Virus record (IMG/VR): IMGVR_UViG_3300012922_000008
Span: 1 to 57,989 of that record
DNA: 57,989 bases
Reading direction: 5' to 3' (one strand)
Source: a virus
Taxonomy: Duplodnaviria; Caudoviricetes
Of this stretch, positions 7,805-17,925 are shown piece after piece. The notes beneath the pieces were generated by a model. It was not told the DNA's origin. It saw nothing but the letters and a program-made list of their open reading frames with translations, and did no database searches. The translations under genes and the position numbers were made by a program. Within the stretch, counting starts at the first letter, position 1. Every line of letters begins with the position of its first letter.

Positions 7805-10750
7805 ATGCCAACTTTCTTTAAAGACGAACTAAACGCAGACGTTATACAATTTACCCCAAGAGTTGACCCAGTTATTGGACGAAGCAATAGTCCTTCTAGT
7901 GGTGCTATGTGGTATGACAATACTTCAAATTCCTTTCATAGTATTGTTAATGGTGTAGTTACAAATCTTGGTGGGACTATATCTTTTGCTGGAGTTCCAA
8001 CTGGAAGTTGTACTACCTCTCAAATTGCAGTAAATACTGGAACTGGTGATTTTTATTCTTGTAGTAATGGAGCTTGGGTAAAAGTTGGTCCTACCGCCGG
8101 TTCTTTAGTTAGTCCTATTACCTCTCCCAATCCGCTTGCTTTTGATGTAGATTTGCACTTCAAGGGTCCTAATCCTTACGTTGATATAACACGATTTGGC
8201 GCTCGCGCTTGCGATAGGAATACTACTCCTTGTGCAGGCGGCCTTACAGCGAACATGACTTCGGGCTCTGCTGTCGCTACGATTTCTTCAGCAAGTACCT
8301 TTATTAATGGCGATGGAGTTGTTGTTTATGGCGCTGGAACAGCGTCAGGATTGACCACACCAACTGGACTAGCAATAACAAATGTTCTAGCAACGATGGG
8401 CACTGGAACAGGTCTTACTACCCCGAGTGCTATAGGGTCTGCTACTACTTGCTATAGAGTTATAGCTCGTACTACTGGCGGGGGCTACACTCCAGCTTCG
8501 TCTGAGGTTTGTACTACAACTGGACAAGCAGCGCGAGGTGCGGTAGTTATTAATCTCACTTCCTGTACTCGTTCTGGCGTTCAAGTAACGTGCACAACTG
8601 CTACAGCCACTCCGTTATTGGTTGGTGGTGTCGGAGCAGAAGCTTATATCGGCGGTGCCCCGGGTAGCCCAACTGATTCAAGTTTTCGCGGTTGGCGGAC
8701 AGTTTCACCGACCGATGCCACTCATTTTACGTTTACTGATACAGCCACAAATACCGGAAACGGAGCTGTGACTAGCTGTACAGGCGGAACCGTAACTTTT
8801 TTCGCGGCTAATCATCTCTCTTGGAATGCGGTTAGCAATGCTTGGCTTTATTATATCTATGGTGGAGCCACTGGTGCCGAAACCTTAATTGGGGTAAGCC
8901 GACCACAAGGACAAGCAGCAGCGTCGTTCGTAACAGATACGACTTTTGATGATTTTGGTTCTGGTTTGATGAGTAATATAAGCTTCCCTTCTTGGATTCC
9001 AACAACGCCTCCAATAGTAGGAGCGAACAACAATCTTTCAACCACGATTTTGTCGGGAGCAGGTACTACAACTCTTACGTTGAACGCAAGCGCAGGCGCT
9101 ACTGTCTCGGGAGCAGGGATTCGCTTAGACGCTGGACCAGGATTGATTGCTGCGGCTACAGCGGCGAATGGGTTGGGACCGCTCTTTATTCCTGTTGACG
9201 CATCATTAGCTAATTACTTCGTTATCAACAATTATACTGACCTAACTCCTTACTTACTCTCAGTTGTACAAAGTGGAACGCTGTATTTGCATGAAACCAT
9301 TGCGTTAAAGGGTAGCGGTCTCCGGTACATGGGTGACCGCTCAACAGCAACTGGAGGTTCTGGAGGCGGAGGCGCAAACACTTGGGGTAACTACCCGAAG
9401 ATATGGGTGGTTGAAGCCGTCCCTGGAATATACCTGGATAGTACGTTCGGCTCCGCAATGAACGGTATCCATTTTCAAGGTGTCCCCGCAAACGGTGCCC
9501 TTTTGATGCTTGCGGAAAATGGTTTCAACCTCGCTTTTAATGATGTCAAATGGACAACAAGCACTGGCAGTATTGATTATATGGGTTTCGGGCTAATTCT
9601 TCGTGGAGTAGGTGGTCAATCTGTGTCTGGTATCACGATGGACAGGGTCAGCTTTAACGTTGGCAGTTACTTAAACGGGGTTACCCACAACACGCCATTT
9701 TTTTGTAACAGTTGTGGCGACCTCACCATAAAAAAAGCATACAACACCCAATCCGGGTTTATCTTTTTGGGGAATCCGTCGGGAGGGAGTTTCAAACTTA
9801 TAGAAGACCACTATAATGGTGGTGCGACTCCTCTTATTAGCGTGGGCGGCTCCGGGAATATGGGAATCGAATTAGGCGAACCCGCACTTCCTATTATAAT
9901 GGATACTGTTGGGCACCCTTGTGTAGCAGTCTTTTTTGGCGGTACCTCTATTTTTAACAATGGGTGTACTCCTACTGGAGACATATTTCAGTCTCCATCT
10001 GTTACCGGTGTGGTACAATTTTCAACAAGTGGTTTTACTGCCGTTCCTGTTGTATTTAACAACTCGTTATCTACCCGACTACAGCCAACAGTTAGCTCGC
10101 AAACAAACACGTCTTCACTCGTCTTTAATGTTACCGGCCCCGGTGGAATTTCAGTTGGTTATAATAGCGATTCTATCTTTGTAAATGGCCCACCTCCAGC
10201 AGCACCAACTTGTTTAGTAAGTGCAGGAGGCTCAGTTCCGCTTGGCACATGGTCTTTTATAGTACAGCCTTATTGGTGGAATGGTCTAGAGGGTACTGTT
10301 TCAGCGCCCTCTACAGGTTGCACAACAACTACTGGCAACCAAACTATTACTGTAAACTGGACAACAACTGTCGGAGGAAACCCAAAGCAGTATGGCGTAT
10401 TCGCAAGCAACGGCGGTGGGTTTGGGGGTTTTGCCGGGGGTCCGCTATTTTCCCCTAATACTACCTCTGTCATTTGGAGTAGCGGTTCTGTTGCTTCTCC
10501 AATCTCAAATGGCGTGCAACTGGGTGGCCCTACTATGCTATTACCGGGGAATCAAGGCATAGTTGCCCCGCAGTTCCTTGTACCGTCACCTGCCGGAGCA
10601 GTTGCAACGATTCAAAGTGGAGCAGGGGTTCCATCCGCTGGACTGTGTACAACATCAAAAGGCGGGTCGCTATATTTTCGTACCGACGGCACAACTACTA
10701 CATCGCTTTATGTGTGTGATGGAGCAACAGGTACTTGGACCGCAAAGTGA
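7805..10750 (+). CDS. Tailspike/tail-fibre receptor-binding protein
   Basis: 981 aa; 'YVDITRFGA' tailspike-type motif, beta-rich body, Fn3-like modules, C-terminal 'GGSLYFRTDG...LYVC...W' module. Confidence 0.8.
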   Translation: MPTFFKDELNADVIQFTPRVDPVIGRSNSPSSGAMWYDNTSNSFHSIVNGVVTNLGGTISFAGVPTGSCTTSQIAVNTGTGDFYSCSNGAWVKVGPTAGSLVSPITSPNPLAFDVDLHFKGPNPYVDITRFGARACDRNTTPCAGGLTANMTSGSAVATISSASTFINGDGVVVYGAGTASGLTTPTGLAITNVLATMGTGTGLTTPSAIGSATTCYRVIARTTGGGYTPASSEVCTTTGQAARGAVVINLTSCTRSGVQVTCTTATATPLLVGGVGAEAYIGGAPGSPTDSSFRGWRTVSPTDATHFTFTDTATNTGNGAVTSCTGGTVTFFAANHLSWNAVSNAWLYYIYGGATGAETLIGVSRPQGQAAASFVTDTTFDDFGSGLMSNISFPSWIPTTPPIVGANNNLSTTILSGAGTTTLTLNASAGATVSGAGIRLDAGPGLIAAATAANGLGPLFIPVDASLANYFVINNYTDLTPYLLSVVQSGTLYLHETIALKGSGLRYMGDRSTATGGSGGGGANTWGNYPKIWVVEAVPGIYLDSTFGSAMNGIHFQGVPANGALLMLAENGFNLAFNDVKWTTSTGSIDYMGFGLILRGVGGQSVSGITMDRVSFNVGSYLNGVTHNTPFFCNSCGDLTIKKAYNTQSGFIFLGNPSGGSFKLIEDHYNGGATPLISVGGSGNMGIELGEPALPIIMDTVGHPCVAVFFGGTSIFNNGCTPTGDIFQSPSVTGVVQFSTSGFTAVPVVFNNSLSTRLQPTVSSQTNTSSLVFNVTGPGGISVGYNSDSIFVNGPPPAAPTCLVSAGGSVPLGTWSFIVQPYWWNGLEGTVSAPSTGCTTTTGNQTITVNWTTTVGGNPKQYGVFASNGGGFGGFAGGPLFSPNTTSVIWSSGSVASPISNGVQLGGPTMLLPGNQGIVAPQFLVPSPAGAVATIQSGAGVPSAGLCTTSKGGSLYFRTDGTTTTSLYVCDGATGTWTAK

Positions 10751-10983
10751 TACAAACACAACAACAATGCATGTGTGATGTTTGTCGTTTATTAGACTAT
10801 GACTGTTCTTTTAAACTTTGTTTCTATTGTTCAATGTGTGATGCGTGGATATGTAGTAATGATTTCAATAATTGGCCACGTCGTATAAAAGCAGCAATTA
10901 AAAGGAAGTTTGAGCCAGGATATAAAGGTTTACAAAATTACACGGAGGTAGTGCAAAGTGAACGAGCGGGAACAAATAATTAA
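10735..10983 (+). CDS. Cys-rich small protein
   Basis: CDVC, CFYCSMCDAWIC. Confidence 0.5.
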   Translation: MDRKVIQTQQQCMCDVCRLLDYDCSFKLCFYCSMCDAWICSNDFNNWPRRIKAAIKRKFEPGYKGLQNYTEVVQSERAGTNN

Positions 10984-11095
10984 TTTTCTTCTTCAGTCGG
11001 CTGACCAGAAAAATAAGATTATTGAAGAACTTCAAAAACAAATCACAGAACTTCAAAAGAAACTTAATGACCTGGCACCAAAGGATATAGTCTAA
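10958..11095 (+). CDS. Small coiled-coil protein (45 aa, not in ORF track)
   Basis: GGAGG RBS then GTG; MNEREQIINFLLQSADQKNKIIEELQKQITELQKKLNDLAPKDIV; TAATG coupling to the next gene. Confidence 0.6.
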   Translation: MNEREQIINFLLQSADQKNKIIEELQKQITELQKKLNDLAPKDIV

Positions 11096-11472
11096 TGGCA
11101 ACTATACAAGCTATTTACCCTCCCGATTATCCTGCTAGTCAAGCGACTGGATTGGTAGGTACTATAGCGGTTGGAGCAGTTACAGCAGCCATTACTATTG
11201 GTAAATATAGACTTTTTAAAATTACCTTTTTAACTGAAACAACCCCACCAAGTTCAAGTAATCTTGGACTCCGTTTTACAACGGGTATAAGCGATGGCTC
11301 TGGAGCTTCTGCACCAGTTCCTACAGCCGCATCTCCTCTTTTAGTTAATAATCAAGAAAATGTTTTTGAAATGAGTGGCTCAATCGACCAAATTCGTTTT
11401 GCAAATTTAGCAATTGATAACGGAGCTACTAACCTCATTTCTTACTGTATTCTTCCTCTTACTAGGGTATAA
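11095..11472 (+). CDS. Putative virion protein
   Basis: Translationally coupled (TAATG) to the portal gene. Confidence 0.55.
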   Translation: MATIQAIYPPDYPASQATGLVGTIAVGAVTAAITIGKYRLFKITFLTETTPPSSSNLGLRFTTGISDGSGASAPVPTAASPLLVNNQENVFEMSGSIDQIRFANLAIDNGATNLISYCILPLTRV

Positions 11473-13721
11473 TGGCAAACACGCTACTTGGCGACTCAAT
11501 GGGGCAAGGAGGAGCACAATCTCTCCCTCCTGGACAGAGTGCAACTACTACTGCTCAACAGACTCAAGCAGGTCTTACTACTGATAGAAACGTGTTGGTT
11601 ACTTGGACGTTGGATACTCTCCAACGTATGCGTAACTTCCGCAGGCCTTTCGACCAACGGCGAGCATACTTCTATCGCCAGTATATTGGTCAACGCGACC
11701 GTAGGATGTATCCAGATAATCTTACTCCCCGGTCAAACACTTTTGTTCCTTACCCTCATCAAATTGTTGACGCTATTGTAAGCCGCGTACATGATGCTTT
11801 CTTTGGAATTGAACCTCCTATTGAAGTTCGTCCAAAAGGTGGTTCACCTGAAGCAGCTTGGCAAATGCAAGCTGTGTTACTTACCTGCCTTAAAAAAGCC
11901 CAATGGATTAAGCAAATTGAACTTGGCACCCGTGATTGTGGTATCTATGGGCACTTTGGTATTAAAGTTGATTGGGACTGGAACACTGATACTGTTACTG
12001 GCCCTGAGCCTGTTTATCAAATGCAGCCTCGCATGGATGAACAAGGCCAGCCTATAATGAATCCTGACGGTTCCCCGTCAATGTTACCTGTTCTCAATCC
12101 AATGACAGGGCATCCAATTCAAATTGGACAGGAACTAGTATCTAAGCAAGTTCCTCGAAATTGTCCGAAACTATCTGTCATTGACATCTATGATTTGCTT
12201 ATCGACCCAGATGGCGAACAGGTTGCGCATGTATTTGAAACTTCTTGGGGTGAGATAAAGCGTCAGGTTACTAATAATCCTAAGTTATATTTCCCAGAGG
12301 GTATAGCGGAACTAACAAATAGAATGTCTCAGTACCGAGACCTTGACCGAGACGGTATTATCATACGTATGGCAGAGTTGTGGGACAACACAAAGAAGAC
12401 TGTTACACAAGTAACATTTGGAGAAGACGCAGATGCAATTGGATGGAAAGACCGTAGATACCAATATCGTAATGCCTCGTACTCAGCTTACAAGCGACGT
12501 GTGTATAATGGCCCACCAGTCTTACTCTACACTGGCCCCAACCCCTTTGCACATCAACGAATCCCCATCCTTCATTTGGGTTACATCCCCATTAAAGGCG
12601 ACGCCTATGGAATAGGGGCAATCGAATTCGTAAGTGACCTTTGTGAAGGTGTTAACGTCTTCACAAACATGATTACTGACAATTGGAACATGGGCATCAA
12701 TCGTAGGTTCGCCTATGACGTAACTGTTGATATAGACCATGACCAACTCGATATGGGCAACGTCCCAGGCGGGAAAGTCGGCGTCGTCGGCGACCCTAAT
12801 AAAGCAATCATGCCCTTTGGCTCGTTCACCCCTAACCAAGGCGATTACATGATAATCGACCTCTATAAAGACATGATTCAAATGGGGTCGGGCATCTCAG
12901 ACTTCTACTCTCAAGGTACAGGTAGCTCTGGTGGAAATAGAACTGCAAGCGGTATTTCTCAAGTTATTAACGAGTCCGGCTACATATTCAAACTATTCAT
13001 CCGACGATTTGAACTAGAAATCCTGCAACCCATGTCGGAAATGGTTGCGTCCATGATTCAACAGTTTGGCACGGACGAAATGGAATATTCCATTACCGCA
13101 GCCAACCCGGAGATTCCAAAGTATGGACGAGTTAAACTTGAAGATTTGCTCGGAAATTATGAATTCGATTTCGTTGCTGCGAACTACGCGACAGGAAAAG
13201 TTGTTAAGCAGCGAAACCTTATGGCTTTTTACAACCTTGCTATGCAGAGTCCCTATGCAAACCAAGGTGAATTTCTTAGAGAAATTGCACGAAGCATGGA
13301 AATTAACTTCGCCAGCCGTCTCTTAAAGACAGACCAACAGGTTCAACAGTCCGCTCAACAGAATGAGCAAGCTCAATTCCAAAACGAACTCATTCAACAC
13401 TTACTTAAGTTCGAGACAAAGGCCGCTGTTGAACAAATTAAGAAGCCTGAATTCATGCCTGCTGGTTCAGTCCCCGCACCAACAGAGCAAGTTAAACACG
13501 GCGCAGCTATTCAAGATATCGTTGAAAACTATCTCGCAGATACCGCTGACCAGCTATTCGGCTTCCAACCTGGAACCGAACCTATCCGACCTCCAGGACG
13601 AGAAGGTGGGCAGCGGAAGTCACAATTTGAAGGCACAATCCCCGGCGGAAATCAAACAGACTCAGAGCGTTCTTTCGCCCAAAACATGGGCGGCAACTCT
13701 CTAGGAACAAGTGGAACATAA
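11472..13721 (+). CDS. Portal protein (podovirus/P22-like type)
   Basis: 749 aa upstream of scaffold and capsid; 'RSNTFVP', 'DLLIDPD', 'AYGIG', 'RTASGI' motifs; Q-rich C-terminal coil. Confidence 0.85.
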   Translation: MANTLLGDSMGQGGAQSLPPGQSATTTAQQTQAGLTTDRNVLVTWTLDTLQRMRNFRRPFDQRRAYFYRQYIGQRDRRMYPDNLTPRSNTFVPYPHQIVDAIVSRVHDAFFGIEPPIEVRPKGGSPEAAWQMQAVLLTCLKKAQWIKQIELGTRDCGIYGHFGIKVDWDWNTDTVTGPEPVYQMQPRMDEQGQPIMNPDGSPSMLPVLNPMTGHPIQIGQELVSKQVPRNCPKLSVIDIYDLLIDPDGEQVAHVFETSWGEIKRQVTNNPKLYFPEGIAELTNRMSQYRDLDRDGIIIRMAELWDNTKKTVTQVTFGEDADAIGWKDRRYQYRNASYSAYKRRVYNGPPVLLYTGPNPFAHQRIPILHLGYIPIKGDAYGIGAIEFVSDLCEGVNVFTNMITDNWNMGINRRFAYDVTVDIDHDQLDMGNVPGGKVGVVGDPNKAIMPFGSFTPNQGDYMIIDLYKDMIQMGSGISDFYSQGTGSSGGNRTASGISQVINESGYIFKLFIRRFELEILQPMSEMVASMIQQFGTDEMEYSITAANPEIPKYGRVKLEDLLGNYEFDFVAANYATGKVVKQRNLMAFYNLAMQSPYANQGEFLREIARSMEINFASRLLKTDQQVQQSAQQNEQAQFQNELIQHLLKFETKAAVEQIKKPEFMPAGSVPAPTEQVKHGAAIQDIVENYLADTADQLFGFQPGTEPIRPPGREGGQRKSQFEGTIPGGNQTDSERSFAQNMGGNSLGTSGT

Positions 13722-13722
13722 T

Positions 13723-14136
13723 ATGGCTGGAATCTTTGGCAACACAATGGATACAAACTCAAGCGCAGAGCAATATTCTCTGTCGTTTCAATCTTCTCAA
13801 GAAGTCACTAGCGAAGGTACTTCTGGCACGCAACCAGTTATTACTCAACAGAACCAAGTTTCTTCTGTTACTTATATGCCTGGTGATGTAGCGAAGCCGA
13901 ATCAAACGGCAGGTGAAATTTCAGTTGCTCTACCTTTCTTCACTCCTGAACATACAATGGGTTTTCAGGATTGGACAGTTAATGGTTGGGACACTGAAGG
14001 TCGTACCAAAACTAATCCCGGCATGGAAGACTATCATCACGAACCCGCTTATCCAAACCCCTTCACTTCCGCCGCAGTAACTCCTCCCTCATACAAACAA
14101 GAAGCTCACGTTTCTACACGTAAAGGAAAATCGTAA
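13723..14136 (+). CDS. Hypothetical head-module protein
   Basis: ATG just after the portal stop; TAATG-coupled to the next gene. Confidence 0.55.
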   Translation: MAGIFGNTMDTNSSAEQYSLSFQSSQEVTSEGTSGTQPVITQQNQVSSVTYMPGDVAKPNQTAGEISVALPFFTPEHTMGFQDWTVNGWDTEGRTKTNPGMEDYHHEPAYPNPFTSAAVTPPSYKQEAHVSTRKGKS

Positions 14137-14534
14137 TGGCTACATGGTCTGAATTCGACGCAGCAGTTAGCGCAACTCGCGCAAGTGATTTGGTCGCTAA
14201 AAAGTGGCCCGATGCTCAAGCCGGAGCTTATGGCGGAGCTGATGCTGGCCCAAGAGAATCTTATGGTGGAACTGAAGAAGCAATGGCGTCCAATGCCAAG
14301 CCTCGTCAGTATAGTCCGGTTGTAACTCCTGACCCTCCGGGTAGTGGAGAGAACTATCTCAGCCCTGGACCTAGGTCTGATACTTCCGTCCACGCACACT
14401 TCGGACAGTACTCTTCGGGTAACTTTAATTCAGCAGCCTCCAATGTTTGCAGTGGAGACGCCCAGATTGCCAAGTCCTGGCCGGATGCGTTAGGTGGAGC
14501 ACTCGGTTCCGTGGCGGATGAGTATAAAGACTAA
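14136..14534 (+). CDS. Hypothetical protein with a terminal repeat motif
   Basis: AKKWPDA near the N-terminus and AKSWPDA near the C-terminus. Confidence 0.55.
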   Translation: MATWSEFDAAVSATRASDLVAKKWPDAQAGAYGGADAGPRESYGGTEEAMASNAKPRQYSPVVTPDPPGSGENYLSPGPRSDTSVHAHFGQYSSGNFNSAASNVCSGDAQIAKSWPDALGGALGSVADEYKD

Positions 14535-14541
14535 GTGAGGG

Positions 14542-14937
14542 ATGATGTTTGAAAAGTTGAGGGAACTCTTTAAACCGAAAGTAGTCTATAAGATAGTTGA
14601 AGTAGCCAAGCCTAGACCCTTTTATCGGTGGGACCAAAACACCAAGGACGCAATTGGAACTCTATCCAGTCATCCTGGGTTTGTCGCTCTAACTGAACGA
14701 CTCGCTTTAACTAAGGCTCAGTTGGAATCCACCCTTAAACAGACCATGCATAAGGACCTACGACAAGTAGATTTCTTACAGAGTGGACTGTTTTGGAGTC
14801 AGTGGCTTAAGGAACAAGTTGAGAAGTCCACCACTAAAGGGTCCGTGAGAACTTTCTTAGACCCGTATGAAGAAGAATTGAAAGCGTTCAAGGAGCTAGA
14901 CAGTAGAATTGAACGGGTAGGAATGGACCAAGTTTAA
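14542..14937 (+). CDS. Hypothetical helical protein
   Basis: GAGG RBS; lies between portal and scaffold. Confidence 0.6.
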   Translation: MMFEKLRELFKPKVVYKIVEVAKPRPFYRWDQNTKDAIGTLSSHPGFVALTERLALTKAQLESTLKQTMHKDLRQVDFLQSGLFWSQWLKEQVEKSTTKGSVRTFLDPYEEELKAFKELDSRIERVGMDQV

Positions 14938-14989
14938 TCGCCACAAGCGATAATCAGTAAATTTAATACAGAAACCCACAAGGTGATGT

Positions 14990-15904
14990 ATGTCAGAACT
15001 AGACCAAGTAGCCCCAGGCGGCATAGTAGATTTAAGTAAGGCCCCTGGTGGCTTAGACGACGCTACGTTTGACTCTTTGTTCCCCGCAGAGCCAACGCAG
15101 AAAGTAATCGCACCTGTACAACAGGTGCAAAACAATCAGGGAACACAGCAGACTCAGCAAACTCAGACTACCCAGACCGCCACACAAGCGACGGCTACTG
15201 AACCCTTTATTAAAGGTGATAAATCTGTTTATAAAACGTCTGAAGCTGCTATCGAAGGCATCAATCAAAAAGATGCTCTAATTGAGCAATTGCGTCAGCG
15301 ATACGCTCTTACGACTGGAATTGATCCAATTACTGGTCAACCTGTTGGACAGGCTACACAGCAATTTAACGACGATTACACTCAGAATCCTAATAAGTAT
15401 TTAGATGACCTTTACAGTGCCGCAAAGCAGGGTGGCCCACAAGCCTACACTCAAGTGCAGCAGAAGCTCATTATGGATACTCTTAAGCCGTTTGCGCCTG
15501 CGTTAAACTCGCTGGCTAAGAACCAAGCTCTTGAATCCGTTTCAAGTGGGAATCCTGAGGCCGCTAAGTTCGTTGCCTCCCCTGCCTATCAAAAGACTAT
15601 GGAAGCAAATCCAGACCTTGCATCAGCAATCGCTACAGCCGAATCTGATTATAGATTCCACTCTCGCCTACCGGGGCTTTATAAGCTTGCCCATCTTGCA
15701 GGCCAAGGGATGCAACTGCCAGAATTACTGAAGGCGAATGCCTCTCAGACTCAGACTCAAACAACCCAAGTTAGAACAACTGCACAGCAAACCACGCTTA
15801 CTCCATCTACTGAAGCGGCAAAGAATCCATCTTTTAGAAACATTGATGGCATTCGCGCAACTATTAAAGATATGGAAGCGAGAGGGGCTAAACTAGATTT
15901 CTAA
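14990..15904 (+). CDS. Putative capsid scaffolding protein
   Basis: Q/T-rich, largely helical 304 aa immediately upstream of the MCP. Confidence 0.7.
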   Translation: MSELDQVAPGGIVDLSKAPGGLDDATFDSLFPAEPTQKVIAPVQQVQNNQGTQQTQQTQTTQTATQATATEPFIKGDKSVYKTSEAAIEGINQKDALIEQLRQRYALTTGIDPITGQPVGQATQQFNDDYTQNPNKYLDDLYSAAKQGGPQAYTQVQQKLIMDTLKPFAPALNSLAKNQALESVSSGNPEAAKFVASPAYQKTMEANPDLASAIATAESDYRFHSRLPGLYKLAHLAGQGMQLPELLKANASQTQTQTTQVRTTAQQTTLTPSTEAAKNPSFRNIDGIRATIKDMEARGAKLDF

Positions 15905-15924
15905 CGGGTTAAAATAGGACTTCC

Positions 15925-16941
15925 ATGTTTAATAAATTTCTTTCCCTCGTCGGGATTGTACTTGGCTTCGGTGATGACATCGTTACGGTGATTACTGGCG
16001 CTTCTGGTACCCCCGGCCCTGCTGGTTCGCTTGCTAGCGACCAACAGACTTATTTCAGCGCGAAGCTGCTCGAAGTTGCGGTCTTGATGACCGTGCTCGA
16101 CCAGTTTGGCGACAAGGACCCCATTCCGTCCAATTCCAGCAAGAGTATTCAGTTTAACCGTCTAGAGAAGCTCGCTACCACAACTTCCCCGGCTCAGTTG
16201 ACTGAAGGCGTTATGCCGGATGCGGCTGGTTTGGCGATGTCCCAGTTTACCGCTGTGGCGGAACAGTACGGCCTTGTGCTGCGCTTGTCTGACCTTGCGG
16301 AACTGACTTCTAAGCATGACGTTGTTGGACGGGCTCTGTATGTGCTCGGCCTGCACGCGGCTGAGACGTACGATATTCTTATCTTCAACGTGCTCTCTCA
16401 GGCTACTTCCACCTATTTCCCCAACGGCAAGACTGCTACCACAATCACCGCTGCTGACAAACTCGGCTACGTTGATTCCACTGCCATCCACGCTAACTTG
16501 ATGGATGCTGGCGCTCGTCCTTATGACGATGGTAATTACGTCTTTGTTGTGTCCCCTCAGGTTCATGCTGTTCTTCAACAGGACCCTGATTGGAAGGCGT
16601 CTCACCAGTTGGCGAAGCCGGACAATATTTGGCGTGGTGAATTCGGGCAGCTTGCCGGATTCCGCTTCGTTAAGTCGAACGCTCCGGGCTTTGCTCCTGT
16701 CACTTCCGTGACGGCTGGCAGGGCTAACAAGGCCTATTTCTCCTTCGCTATTGGGCGCAATGCCTATCAGATTTCTGACCTTCAGAACCTCCGCGTGTAT
16801 GCGGCTGCTCCTGGTGGACAGACTGATACCTTGCAACAGAGCCGTAAGCTTGGTTATAAGTTTGCTTTCAAGGCAATTATCACCAACCAGAGCTGGATTT
16901 TTGGTGTCCAGTCTGCGGGACAGAACTCCGTTACGAACTAA
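15925..16941 (+). CDS. Major capsid protein (N4-gp56-like)
   Basis: 'IPSNSSKSIQFNR', 'LTEGVMP', 'EQYG..LSD', 'GEFGQLAGFRF', 'DTLQQ..LGYK' motifs; codon usage of a highly expressed gene. Confidence 0.9.
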   Translation: MFNKFLSLVGIVLGFGDDIVTVITGASGTPGPAGSLASDQQTYFSAKLLEVAVLMTVLDQFGDKDPIPSNSSKSIQFNRLEKLATTTSPAQLTEGVMPDAAGLAMSQFTAVAEQYGLVLRLSDLAELTSKHDVVGRALYVLGLHAAETYDILIFNVLSQATSTYFPNGKTATTITAADKLGYVDSTAIHANLMDAGARPYDDGNYVFVVSPQVHAVLQQDPDWKASHQLAKPDNIWRGEFGQLAGFRFVKSNAPGFAPVTSVTAGRANKAYFSFAIGRNAYQISDLQNLRVYAAAPGGQTDTLQQSRKLGYKFAFKAIITNQSWIFGVQSAGQNSVTN

Positions 16942-16958
16942 TAACAATTAACTGACAT

Positions 16959-17023
16959 TAGGGAGCATCTCGTTATAAGTCCTGGCTTCGGCTATAGGCA
17001 ATCATTCGACGCTCTGCTCCCTA
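16959..17023 (+). other. Extended stem-loop after the capsid gene
   Basis: TAGGGAGCA (16959-16967) / TGCTCCCTA (17015-17023) enclosing a GGC-TTCG-GCT sub-hairpin. Confidence 0.55.
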
Positions 17024-17102
17024 GTTTCATAACTGGTCTCAGGCCAAACTTCCAAGGCACTGTACACCATACCTCTGACAACAGAGTGAAAAGGATAGTA
17101 AC

Positions 17103-17432
17103 ATGGCTGACAACAGCGCAAAAGTAGAAGCACCAAAGCTTAATGAAACTCAACAGCGTATCGTAGATGCGAAAGATAAAGCTAACTGGGAATGGGTGGT
17201 TGTTCCTGACCACGACCTATTTGGCAAGCCCCATAAAGGCATTAACCATAACTTCCAACAGTTCGGCCCTGGCCGTCACTTCCTCGACCCAATCACCGCA
17301 GAGCAAGTACGCACTAGCGTCGCTAACGGAATGACCAGCGAGATGCGTGTTATGCAGTCTCAGACGCCTCCGGGCTACCTTGAAATTATGAAGAAGATTG
17401 GCCGAGAACCCGCTACTAACCCAAACTTTTAA
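17103..17432 (+). CDS. Hypothetical protein
   Basis: AAGGA RBS; abuts the endolysin gene. Confidence 0.6.
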   Translation: MADNSAKVEAPKLNETQQRIVDAKDKANWEWVVVPDHDLFGKPHKGINHNFQQFGPGRHFLDPITAEQVRTSVANGMTSEMRVMQSQTPPGYLEIMKKIGREPATNPNF

Positions 17433-17915
17433 ATGCCAGCGGACTTCAATCTCGCTATTAAAGTTGTCCTGGTGAATGAGGGAGGATACGTTTCTAATCC
17501 CCATGACCCAGGTGGTGAGACCAACTTTGGGATAAGTAAACGGGCTTATCCAAACTTGGATATCAAGCACTTGACTAATGAGCAAGCCGCTGAGATTTAC
17601 CGCCACGACTACTGGCTCTATGGCGACCTAAACAATCAAGATATAGCCACTAAACTCCTCGATATGTCCGTTAATATGGGTATTAAACGAGCTATAACTC
17701 TCTGCCAAATCTCCATAAACGATATAGGCGGACATTGTGGAGTCGATGGAAAGTGGGGCAAGCAAACTGAGTCCACCATTAATGGGTCAGATGCTAGTCT
17801 ATTACTACCAGAAATTAGGGCTAGTCAGAGTCATTATTACACTAATTTAGTTGCACAACGACCAGAGCTATATCAATTTTTACGTGGATGGCTTAGGCGT
17901 GTTCAAAGTTGTTAG
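17433..17915 (+). CDS. Endolysin, glycoside hydrolase family 108 with PG-binding C-terminus
   Basis: EGGYVSNPHDPGGETNFGIS; VDGKWG; FLRGWLRR. Confidence 0.93.
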   Translation: MPADFNLAIKVVLVNEGGYVSNPHDPGGETNFGISKRAYPNLDIKHLTNEQAAEIYRHDYWLYGDLNNQDIATKLLDMSVNMGIKRAITLCQISINDIGGHCGVDGKWGKQTESTINGSDASLLLPEIRASQSHYYTNLVAQRPELYQFLRGWLRRVQSC

Positions 17916-17925
17916 GAGAGCTTAA

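Noticed and set aside
16162-16947. 261-aa antisense ORF over the capsid gene
   Set aside because: Shadow ORF produced by the MCP's codon bias; no recognisable motifs
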